From an uncultured bacterium (lineage in GTDB: Bacteria; Patescibacteriota; CPR2; UBA1875; CAIMLA01), in assembly GCA_903842085.1 (NCBI GenBank), contig CAIMLA010000050.1, positions 5,133-69,132 on the forward strand: a stretch of DNA of 64,000 nucleotides, written 5' to 3'. Made by a program: the position numbers and the translations under genes. The notes under the pieces are model-generated. The model was given only the letters and a program-made list of their open reading frames with translations. It did no database searches and was not told where the DNA came from. Shown piece by piece: positions 40,872 through 48,440 of this stretch. The stretch's first letter is position 1. The number at the start of each line of letters is the position of its first letter.

Positions 40872-42101
40872 CTAGTGCGCTTCGACAAAGGTCAGGGCTT
40901 TACCTAGTTTATCGCCCCGACCAGTTCTTCCGATACGATGAATATAGTCCTCATATGTTTTTGGGATAGTATAGTTAATTACATGACTTACATCTTTGAT
41001 ATCAAGACCGCGGGCAGCAACGTCTGTCGCGACCAGAATATCCACTTGGTTATTCTTGAAAGAAGCCAGAGCACGAGTCCTTTGACCTTGACGCTTATCA
41101 CCATGAATTGATTCAGCCCTAAAGCCTCCTCGATTTAAATCTATAGTAAGCTTTTCGACGTCTCTTTTTGTTTCTGAAAAAATTAATACTTTTTCAAGTT
41201 CTGGATCATTGAGTAATTTACTGAGGGTGTCAAATTTTGCACCTCTATGCTCAACCTTGACAATATCCTGTTCAACACTATCCGCGGTTTGTCCATTTGA
41301 TACCGATATCGTGATCGGATCTCTAGAAAAGGTCGCGACCAAATCTCGAATTTTAGAAGGGATAGTCGCTGAAAAAAATAAGGATTGTCGGTTTTCTGGT
41401 AACTGGTCTAGAAACCCTCTAATCTCATCAACGAACCCCATATCTAGCATTCTATCGACTTCATCCAATACTATATTGTTGAAGGTTGATAGATCTATTA
41501 GTTTCCGCTGACACATATCCTTTAGCCGTCCTGGTGTTCCAATAATAAAATTAGGATTACGTCGAAGTGCTCCAATCTGTTTCCCCATAGGCATACCACC
41601 GACCACTGTTGCAAAATAAATCTTCATTCCCCAACTAAATTGATGAAGTTCTGTTTCTATCTGGAGAGCCAATTCCCTCGTCGGTGCGATGATTAACACT
41701 TTTTGGTTTCGGTCTTTTTGGACTTTATCAATTAAGGGTAACAAAAAAGCAGCCGTTTTGCCCGTTCCTGTATTAGCAAGCCCGACTAAGTCCCTTCCTT
41801 GCAAAATATAATTTATTGCCTGGTCCTGAATTGGCATTGGCGTTTTGTAATTTCTTTTGTCCAGGTTTTCTTTTAGTTCTTTACACAAATCAAAATCAGA
41901 AAAACTGTGCTTTATTTCTACTTTTGGGATTGTTGTATCGATTGCCTTCCGGACAAATTTAGTTGGATCAATAAATTCACCCTTGTTAACACTTCTAAAA
42001 TTGCTTTTTCTTGGACCAAAAGACTTATGGCCAGAACGAGGCTGAAAACTACTCGAGTTTCTTCTACTAAAACTACCTTTGGTAGTTCTTACATTGTGCA
42101 T
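40872..42101 (-). CDS. DEAD-box ATP-dependent RNA helicase with an N-terminal Arg/Ser-rich extension
   Basis: Q motif, Walker A (TGTGKTAAF), DEVD, SAT, HRIGRTGRG. Confidence 0.85.
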   Translation of the reverse strand: MHNVRTTKGSFSRRNSSSFQPRSGHKSFGPRKSNFRSVNKGEFIDPTKFVRKAIDTTIPKVEIKHSFSDFDLCKELKENLDKRNYKTPMPIQDQAINYILQGRDLVGLANTGTGKTAAFLLPLIDKVQKDRNQKVLIIAPTRELALQIETELHQFSWGMKIYFATVVGGMPMGKQIGALRRNPNFIIGTPGRLKDMCQRKLIDLSTFNNIVLDEVDRMLDMGFVDEIRGFLDQLPENRQSLFFSATIPSKIRDLVATFSRDPITISVSNGQTADSVEQDIVKVEHRGAKFDTLSKLLNDPELEKVLIFSETKRDVEKLTIDLNRGGFRAESIHGDKRQGQRTRALASFKNNQVDILVATDVAARGLDIKDVSHVINYTIPKTYEDYIHRIGRTGRGDKLGKALTFVEAH

Positions 42102-42279
42102 TTTTTTCTTTCCGTGTCGCTTAGTGCGACAATTAAATTATTTTTCAATCGAGATAATAGAACATCGAAAAATAATTTCCGGAAATCTATTAAACTAGTT
42201 TGATTTATTAAATAATAACATATTTTTTGACAGTAGTAAATATCTTTATCTTTCATGTCTTTATCTTTCAGTGAAAAGC

Positions 42280-42318
42280 GGGGATGACCTATTGAGGTCA
42301 GTTCATCCCCGCCATTTT
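42280..42318 (-). terminator. Hairpin terminator downstream of the STAS gene
   Basis: 10-bp stem GCGGGGATGA/TCATCCCCGC flanked by T-rich sequence on both strands. Confidence 0.45.
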
Positions 42319-42319
42319 G

Positions 42320-42757
42320 TTAGATGCTAGTCTTTTGAGTGTCCAGGAAGCCCTTCGCGGCCTCTTCTATTGTGGGATAAATTCTAAGGAGTTGACTAAG
42401 GTTTGTGACGCGAATTATGTCTATTATATCCTTTCGTTTAACCACTAACACGATCTGACCATTGTAGGCTCTTAAGTGTTTTAAGGCGTGAATCAGCAGT
42501 CCCAATCCAGAAGAATCAACAAAAGAGACTTCCGTCATGTCGACGATAATCTTTTTATGTTTTTCTGATATTGCTTCATGCAATGGTATTTTGAGTTCAA
42601 CCGCTGTGTAGACATCAAATTCACCAGAAATCCTAAAAATGATAATATCTTCTTCTTGTGCTTTCTCAATGGTGAAATACTTTCCGGGAAAGCTCATAAC
42701 TAGCCTCGTTTCTGAGGATTTGCTTTCTAACAAGGTACTAATCGGATAGGATAGCAC
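42320..42757 (-). CDS. STAS-domain anti-sigma-factor antagonist (SpoIIAA-like), orphan
   Basis: Conserved phosphorylatable Ser region (VSFVDSSGLGLL). No partner kinase or anti-sigma factor in the window. Confidence 0.7.
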   Translation of the reverse strand: MLSYPISTLLESKSSETRLVMSFPGKYFTIEKAQEEDIIIFRISGEFDVYTAVELKIPLHEAISEKHKKIIVDMTEVSFVDSSGLGLLIHALKHLRAYNGQIVLVVKRKDIIDIIRVTNLSQLLRIYPTIEEAAKGFLDTQKTSI

Positions 42758-42985
42758 TCGATATTTATTTAGTCAACATATCGTTTCTTCTGTGTTAACG
42801 CAAATTAGAAAGGTCCCCTTACTCCTGTCAGCCTTAATTAATAATACTGACCCAAAGTAAAAAGATCTTGCTTAGGTGAAAGGCTTTCGAAGAAACAACT
42901 CGAAAAAATTCAGAGTATTTATGTGTTATTATGTTCTTGTAAATAGAGAAGTGCCTGTTTCTCGGTGTAAACTAGGAGGTGTCAC

Positions 42986-43171
42986 GTGTCTATAAGTGCA
43001 TCAAAATGCCCCCTAAAGAATAGCTGCCCTTGTCAGCAAGATAATAATTGCTGCGACAGATGCCCAAACAGTGTGACCGCCTTTGGCTTAATCTATATAA
43101 ACTCTGAAGTAGAGCCATTTTTTAGGACTAGCGATGGTGGTTTTGTCCACGTCAAAAGACACATTCATTGA
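42986..43171 (+). CDS. Cys-rich small protein (61 aa), hypothetical
   Basis: GTG start 6 nt after a perfect AGGAGG. Six Cys within 20 residues (KCPLKNSCPCQQDNNCCDRCPN). Followed by a strong hairpin. Confidence 0.35.
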   Translation: MSISASKCPLKNSCPCQQDNNCCDRCPNSVTAFGLIYINSEVEPFFRTSDGGFVHVKRHIH

Positions 43172-43188
43172 ACTTCTCTTTTACACAA

Positions 43189-43215
43189 ACCCCGCTTGTG
43201 CATTTAGCACAAGCG
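43189..43215. terminator. Perfect 11-bp stem-loop (CCCGCTTGTGC attta GCACAAGCGGG) between the Cys-rich ORF (+) and yggT (-); candidate bidirectional terminator
   Basis: Inverted repeat read directly from the sequence. There is no strong U-tract. Confidence 0.4.
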
Positions 43216-43287
43216 GGAACTTCTGATAAATCGGAGTTGAATATTTAGCTTTTATCTTTTCTTGTCTCGGCTGTTTTAAATATGTCG

Positions 43288-43545
43288 CTATATTCTGCTC
43301 ATAATCTCTTGGATTAAAAACAAGGCCAAATAAGCGATGATCGGTGAGAGGTCCATCATTCCGCCCAAAGGCGGTACAACCTTGCGGATTGGTCCTAAAA
43401 TTGGTTCGGTAATACTGTAGATAAATCTTTGAAGTTTTTCAGCTTTCTGCGGAATCCAACTCAATATAACCCTAATAAAGATCAGAAGCATTAACAAGTT
43501 AGTTAATAAATTAACAAAATTTACAATTAGTTCTTTTGTGTTCAT
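43288..43545 (-). CDS. YggT-family membrane protein
   Basis: 85 aa, 2 TM, YggT/Ycf19 pattern. Confidence 0.7.
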   Translation of the reverse strand: MNTKELIVNFVNLLTNLLMLLIFIRVILSWIPQKAEKLQRFIYSITEPILGPIRKVVPPLGGMMDLSPIIAYLALFLIQEIMSRI

Positions 43546-43796
43546 CTATTTAAGGCTAATTTTACAACCGAAAGCATCGGCAGAGAGCCTCTCCAACACT
43601 CAGTTTCGGTGCCATCATCTCGAACAACTAGGAGCGTTGGGGTACTGTAAATATTATAGATGTCAGCATCAGCTGCCGCTTCTTTGCCATCAAGGTTGAT
43701 AAGTTCAACGTCGTAATGCTTCTTTATCTCTTCGACAAACTCCAGCGTTTCTCTTTTATTCTCGTCAAATTCCTTTGTGTATACCTTTAATTTCAT
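43542..43796 (-). CDS. Thioredoxin-fold protein (MTH895/glutaredoxin-like) lacking the CxxC active site
   Basis: 84 aa with a beta-alpha-beta ... cis-Pro (STPTLLV) layout like small archaeal/bacterial redoxins. EFDE replaces the CPYC position. Confidence 0.5.
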   Translation of the reverse strand: MKLKVYTKEFDENKRETLEFVEEIKKHYDVELINLDGKEAAADADIYNIYSTPTLLVVRDDGTETECWRGSLPMLSVVKLALNR

Positions 43797-43837
43797 GTTT
43801 ATAATATATCAAATTTCCGATTAATTTTAAAGTCATA

Positions 43838-44284
43838 AATGGGAAAGCCCCAGCTCCATACCAGTCTCGACAGTGTCGAGGAAAGGATACGTTGCTGGGG
43901 CTTATGCCCTCGTTCGGTGTCCCGAGATGTTTATCATCTGCGAGACTGAGTGGGGCTTTATAGCTCCACGAGGGTGGGCCTCTCGGCCCTGGGTGCGGGG
44001 TGTCTCCCAAATTTCACTTTCGTGATCGAAGGAGAGCACCCGCGCGGCAATAGTCCGTTTTTTTGCCCCGGACTAGGGCAGATCTACTTCGGCATTCCGT
44101 TCCTTCCTGCCCTAACTCAGAGAGTAGGGCAATAGATGATGCCGAGATCCGCTCCAGCTCTGGTCACTGGTCACCAAAGACGAAGCTTGCTAGTCATCTT
44201 TCTCCTTTTAAAGAGAAAGATGATTTGAGATGTTAAGCCCCTGAGAGCCTTACCATCTTGAGGTCGCCACGCCTCATTTTTTTT
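43838..44284 (+). ncRNA. rnpB: GC-rich structured RNA, most likely RNase P RNA (rnpB); ends uncertain
   Basis: GC content jumps sharply. GGGAAAGCCCCAGCTCCATA (43841-43860) resembles CR-I GGAAAGUCCGGGCUCCAUA. GGGTGCGG (43991-43998) and GAGCACCCGCGCGGCAATAGTCCG (44034-44057) resemble CR-II/III GGGUGCGGUAAGAGCGCACCGCGCGGCUGGUAACAGUCCG. Intrinsic terminator TGAGGTCGCCACGCCTCA+T8 at 44259-44284. Confidence 0.5.
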
Positions 44285-44504
44285 CACCGGTTTAACGCAT
44301 CGCTTTTTTTAAATTGCGATACCGGTACCAGTATACTTCTCTACATTAGAAACCCGAGAAGTGGATGGCCCAAATTTTTCGGCCCAGGCTAAAAATATAT
44401 TGCCTGTTCTAACTCAGTTGCAATATATTAGCATATTAGTTATATATTGTCAAGTCTTTTATCGGAAGGTGAATTTCATAACTTTTAATTTGAGCCAAAC
44501 AGAG

Positions 44505-44741
44505 TCATTTACGTCCTTTGATTATCAAGAGCAAACCAATAAATATTATTAAAAATGGCCAGAACATCTCCCATATTTCTATGCCAAGATAGTTTTGGAT
44601 AAAAAACATTAAGCCAACAAATACTAAGATCAAGCCCCAGAAAATCCTGCCATTCATCATCGACCTCCGTTTAATATTATTAATTACAACTTTTTCTTCA
44701 ACAAATTCTTCTACTATTTCTTCTTTATTTTCCTTAATCAT
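44505..44741 (-). CDS. Small membrane protein (78 aa), hypothetical
   Basis: Acidic N-terminus then two hydrophobic helices. Downstream of nrdG on the same strand. Confidence 0.4.
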   Translation of the reverse strand: MIKENKEEIVEEFVEEKVVINNIKRRSMMNGRIFWGLILVFVGLMFFIQNYLGIEIWEMFWPFLIIFIGLLLIIKGRK

Positions 44742-44766
44742 CTTTTCTCATATTGTAATAATCTTT

Positions 44767-45456
44767 TTATATATTATCACGTATAATTACTTCTTTGACA
44801 TATTTTTGCATTATTTCCTTGATTGATGAAAGCTCTTCTTTAGTGAATGATGGCCTTGTTTTTAAGCTCTTATCAAGGGTTATTTCTGGCCGAAATCCTT
44901 GGATAGCGTAACGCTGTGATCCGGCAATCATCTTCCCTATTTCATCGAAATCTGATAGCTCATGATAGCTTGGAAGGACGGTTGTTCGGAATTCATAATC
45001 CAACCCACTTGATTTAATTATTCTTACACTTTCTTGAATAACTTTTTTATTCAAATACTTCGATATGGCCGGATATTCTTCTAAGGGTCCTTTGATGTCC
45101 ATAGCAATATAGTCAATCATCTTTTTATCTAATAACAATTGCAATCTCACTGGATTACTCCCATTGGTATCAAGCTTAACCTTAAATCCCATTTTTTTGA
45201 CTTTTTCTATAAAGAGCTCTAGCCCGTCTTGGATAATAGGCTCGCCTCCGGTAATAACTACCCCGTCGAGCTTGCCAACTCTTTTTGATAAATATTGATA
45301 AACTGTTTGTTCCTTTATTTGCCCTTTTTTTATTTCAATTAAGTCAGGGTTGTGGCAAAAGCCACATTGAAAATTGCAGCCTTGCGTGAAGATCACGGCT
45401 GCAATTTTGCCCGGGTAATCGATTAGTGAGGTTTTGACTAAACCTGATATTTCCAT
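44767..45456 (-). CDS. nrdG: Anaerobic ribonucleotide reductase activating protein (radical SAM)
   Basis: CNFQCGFCHN CxxxCxxC motif. Size and position after nrdD. Confidence 0.85.
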   Translation of the reverse strand: MEISGLVKTSLIDYPGKIAAVIFTQGCNFQCGFCHNPDLIEIKKGQIKEQTVYQYLSKRVGKLDGVVITGGEPIIQDGLELFIEKVKKMGFKVKLDTNGSNPVRLQLLLDKKMIDYIAMDIKGPLEEYPAISKYLNKKVIQESVRIIKSSGLDYEFRTTVLPSYHELSDFDEIGKMIAGSQRYAIQGFRPEITLDKSLKTRPSFTKEELSSIKEIMQKYVKEVIIRDNI

Positions 45457-45458
45457 CT

Positions 45459-45620
45459 TTAACAGTTACTTGAATCCAGATCAAAGGTAACCCGATCGCC
45501 ATATTCTGCTTTTTTGCCATCATTCCATTGGTTGATTGGCCTAATGTAGCCGACTACTCTTGAATAAACTTCACATTCTGTTCTTCGTCCTTCTAAATTT
45601 TCTCTTTCTTCTAAAGTCAT
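45459..45620 (-). CDS. Stand-alone glycyl-radical domain of anaerobic RNR (53 aa)
   Basis: MTLEERENLEGRRTECEVYSRVVGYIRPINQWNDGKKAEYGDRVTFDLDSSNC. It carries the NrdD C-terminal glycyl radical signature (SRVVGY...WN.GK..E..R). It has its own AGGAGG 4 nt upstream of the ATG. It is shorter than the ORF-track cutoff. Confidence 0.6.
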   Translation of the reverse strand: MTLEERENLEGRRTECEVYSRVVGYIRPINQWNDGKKAEYGDRVTFDLDSSNC

Positions 45621-45630
45621 TTTTCCTCCT

Positions 45631-47754
45631 TTAAACTTTTACTTTTTGTTTTATATTTAAATTAATTGATGTCTGGGGTAAATATCCAATTTCTTGGTCA
45701 CACACTGGGCAATATTTATGCTCTCCTTTTAGATAGCCGTGCTTCGGACAGACAGAGAAAGTCGGAGATAGGGTAAAATAAGGTAAATGATAATTCTCGG
45801 CTATTTTTTTAACAAGATTTTTGACTGAACTGATATTATCTAGCCTCTCTCCAATAAAGATATGCAAGACTGTTCCACCGGTATACATCGTTTGTAATCC
45901 ATCCTGTAGATCAAGGGCTTCAAAAATATCATCAGTATAATTGACTGGTAGTTGTGTCGAGTTGGTGTAATATGGGTTGGCTCCCATCCCCTTAAACGCT
46001 TCTTCATTTGCGACCAAGATATCTGAGTATTGCGCCTTGTCTCTTTTTGCAAATCTGGTTGTCGTCCCCTCTCCAGGGGTTGCTTCGAGGTTGTACATAT
46101 TCCCCGTCTCTTCTTGGTATTGACTCATTCTTTCTCTCATGTGATTCATCACTGAAATGGCAAAGGCATGGCCCTTCTTGGTCGTTATGTTTTCTTTGTC
46201 CTTATAGAAGTTCCTAATTGATTCATTCATCCCTAAAAGTCCGATGGTTGAAAAGTGATTAGCCCAATATCGACCAAATCTCTTTTTCACATCGGCTAGA
46301 TAGAATTTTGCAAAAGGATAGAGCCCTTGATCCATAAATCGCTCGATCACCTTTCTCTTGATTTCTAGTGACTCCTTGGCTAAATCCATCAGATGGTCTA
46401 ATCTTTCCAAATACTCTTTTTCATTTTTTGCCCCGTAACCAAGCCTGGCCATATTAATCGTCACGACCCCAATACTCCCCGTTAATGGATTTGATCCGAA
46501 TAAACCGCCACCTCTTTTTCTGAGCTCTCTGTTATCAAGTCTTAATCGACAGCACATACTCCTGGCATCATCTGGAGACATGTCAGAGTTAACAAAATTA
46601 GAAAAGTATGGAATGCCATACTTTGCTGTCATCTCCCACACAGAGTCAAGCTTCTCGTTGTCCCAACTAAAATCTTTTGTAATGTTATAAGTAGGGATTG
46701 GGAAAGAAAAGATTCTGCCATTAGCATCTCCTTCTAACATGACCTCAGCGAAGGCCTGGTTTATCATGTCCATCTCAGGCTGAAAATCTTTGTATTTCTC
46801 CTTTTGAAGCTTCCCTCCGATTATGACATTTTCCTCACCTAACTGCCCGGTTGGATTTAAGTCCATCGTGATGTTAGTGAAAGGTGTTTGAAACCCAACT
46901 CTGGTCGGAATATTCATGCCATAGACAAACTCTTGCATCGCTTGTTTTACCTGTTTATACTCCAACTCATCGTATCGTACAAACGGGGCGATTAAAGTGT
47001 CAAAATTTGAGAAAGCAACAGCCCCAGCACTTTCCCCCTGAACGGTGTACATGAAGTTTACGATCTGGTTCAACAAAGCCTTAAGATGTTTTGCTGGACG
47101 GCTCTGGATTTTTCCAGGAACCCCGCCAAAGCCACGCATTAAAAGATCCTTTAGGTCCCAGCCACAACAATAAACGGCAAGAAAGCCTAGATCATGAATA
47201 TGAAAGTCGGCATTTTCGTGAGCTTCCTTGATCTCAGTCGGGTATAATTTATTTAGCCAGTATTTTTCTGTTATTTTGTCCGAAATAAAGTTTCGTAATC
47301 CTTGCAAACTGTAACTCATGTTCGCATTCTCACGAACATACCAAGTCTCTTCTCCTATGTAATCATCCATCAGTGATTCTGTATCCACTAGCCTAATTGT
47401 TCTTAGTTCTTCATGCTGCTTCCGATAAACAATATAGGCCTTGGCCGTTTCTTCAAAGACTGAGTCCATCAAGACATGCTCAACAACGTTTTGAATGTTC
47501 TCAACTGCCGGTAAATGATCAGCGTCATATTGCTTTTGAAGATGTTCGACAACCTGCTTCGTTAATTTTTCAGCAATCGCTTGTCCAAACTCTCCCGTTG
47601 CTTCGCCGGCTTTGCATAAAGCCTTCGCAATCCGACTATCATCGAATTTAGCTATCCTACCATCTCTTTTGATGACCTTATTAAACGGTTTCTTTTTCAG
47701 ATCCTTCTTTGATAAGGACAATTGTTTTTGCTGAAATTCACTTTTTACTACCAT
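45631..47754 (-). CDS. nrdD: Anaerobic ribonucleoside-triphosphate reductase (class III), large subunit lacking the glycyl-radical motif
   Basis: N-terminal ATP-cone (KRDGRIAKFDDSRIAKAL) and class III RNR core. A C-terminal zinc ribbon (CPKH...CPVC) is followed by the stop. Confidence 0.9.
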   Translation of the reverse strand: MVVKSEFQQKQLSLSKKDLKKKPFNKVIKRDGRIAKFDDSRIAKALCKAGEATGEFGQAIAEKLTKQVVEHLQKQYDADHLPAVENIQNVVEHVLMDSVFEETAKAYIVYRKQHEELRTIRLVDTESLMDDYIGEETWYVRENANMSYSLQGLRNFISDKITEKYWLNKLYPTEIKEAHENADFHIHDLGFLAVYCCGWDLKDLLMRGFGGVPGKIQSRPAKHLKALLNQIVNFMYTVQGESAGAVAFSNFDTLIAPFVRYDELEYKQVKQAMQEFVYGMNIPTRVGFQTPFTNITMDLNPTGQLGEENVIIGGKLQKEKYKDFQPEMDMINQAFAEVMLEGDANGRIFSFPIPTYNITKDFSWDNEKLDSVWEMTAKYGIPYFSNFVNSDMSPDDARSMCCRLRLDNRELRKRGGGLFGSNPLTGSIGVVTINMARLGYGAKNEKEYLERLDHLMDLAKESLEIKRKVIERFMDQGLYPFAKFYLADVKKRFGRYWANHFSTIGLLGMNESIRNFYKDKENITTKKGHAFAISVMNHMRERMSQYQEETGNMYNLEATPGEGTTTRFAKRDKAQYSDILVANEEAFKGMGANPYYTNSTQLPVNYTDDIFEALDLQDGLQTMYTGGTVLHIFIGERLDNISSVKNLVKKIAENYHLPYFTLSPTFSVCPKHGYLKGEHKYCPVCDQEIGYLPQTSINLNIKQKVKV

Positions 47755-47790
47755 CTCTCCCCCTTCGTCTCCCGTTAAGGACTTATGTTT

Positions 47791-48246
47791 TTATTTAACC
47801 TTTTCTAGCTTTTCCACTTCTTCTTTGAAGTTTGATAAATCATCAAATGATTTGTAGACGCTGGCAAATCTGAGGTAGGCGACTTCATCGACCGTTCTCA
47901 GTTTCTGTAATATGTAGTCTCCAATTTCTTTACTATTTACTTCTTTCTCGCCTTGCGAATATATCTCTTTTTCAATTTCATCTAATATCTTCTCAACCGC
48001 TGGCTCGGTGATGGGCCTTTTTTCTAGTGCTTTTAAGACTCCTTTTGCCATCTTCTCCCTAGAATAAACTTCTTTTCTGCCATCCTTTTTGATTACCGCC
48101 ATATTTAGGACCTCTGGCCTTTCATAGGTCGTAAACCTAAACCCACAGTCGATGCACTCGCGTCTTCGTCTAATCGCTTCTTCTCCCTCGATATCTCTTT
48201 TCTCTAACACTTTTAGGTTTTCTTTGTGACAATTCGGACAATTCAC
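47791..48246 (-). CDS. nrdR: Transcriptional repressor NrdR
   Basis: N-terminal zinc ribbon (CPNC...CIDC) plus ATP-cone. Confidence 0.9.
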   Translation of the reverse strand: MNCPNCHKENLKVLEKRDIEGEEAIRRRRECIDCGFRFTTYERPEVLNMAVIKKDGRKEVYSREKMAKGVLKALEKRPITEPAVEKILDEIEKEIYSQGEKEVNSKEIGDYILQKLRTVDEVAYLRFASVYKSFDDLSNFKEEVEKLEKVK

Positions 48247-48268
48247 TCTTACCCCTTTTAGCTTAATA

Positions 48269-48320
48269 ACACAACATATAGTGTATTAAACATATAGTAT
48301 GACGCTATATGTAAGGTGTC
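48269..48320 (-). promoter_or_regulatory. Candidate NrdR boxes in the nrdR promoter region
   Basis: ACACAACATATAGTGT (48269-48284) matches the NrdR-box consensus acaCwAtATaTwGtgt. A second, degenerate palindromic element CATATAGtatgacgCTATATGTAAGGTGT lies at 48291-48319. Confidence 0.5.
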
Positions 48321-48392
48321 AACCATTTTCTTTTCCACACTTTTTTTGCTTTTTAAATCAACAAAATTTTACTTTTCCACATTACATATTCA

Positions 48393-48422
48393 CAAAAAAA
48401 AGGAGTCATTTCTGACTCCTTT
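48393..48422 (-). terminator. Rho-independent terminator after ftsZ
   Basis: On the minus strand, AAGGAGUCAgaaaUGACUCCUU is followed by U8. Confidence 0.65.
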
Positions 48423-48440
48423 AAATATATATTTTAAAAA

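Noticed and set aside
43765-44135. Two ORFs (81 aa minus strand, 61 aa plus strand) inside the GC-rich island.
   Set aside because: They overlap the structured-RNA region and each other. Their amino-acid composition (G/P/R-rich) is what GC-rich RNA yields in translation. I treat them as non-coding.
43896-44241. tmRNA (ssrA) hypothesis for the GC-rich island. Potential 7-bp acceptor-like pairing of GGGGCUU (43897-43903) with AAGCCCC (44235-44241).
   Set aside because: No T-arm precedes the 3' strand. No convincing tag reading frame ending in a hydrophobic/Ala-rich peptide. The internal motifs match RNase P CR-II/III rather than tmRNA pseudoknot regions.
44286-44327. Nested palindrome ACCGGTttaacgcATCGCtttttttaaattGCGATACCGGT just after the RNA terminator.
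   Set aside because: It could be an additional terminator or protein-binding site. It lies in an untranscribed-looking gap, there is no supporting context, and I cannot distinguish these possibilities.
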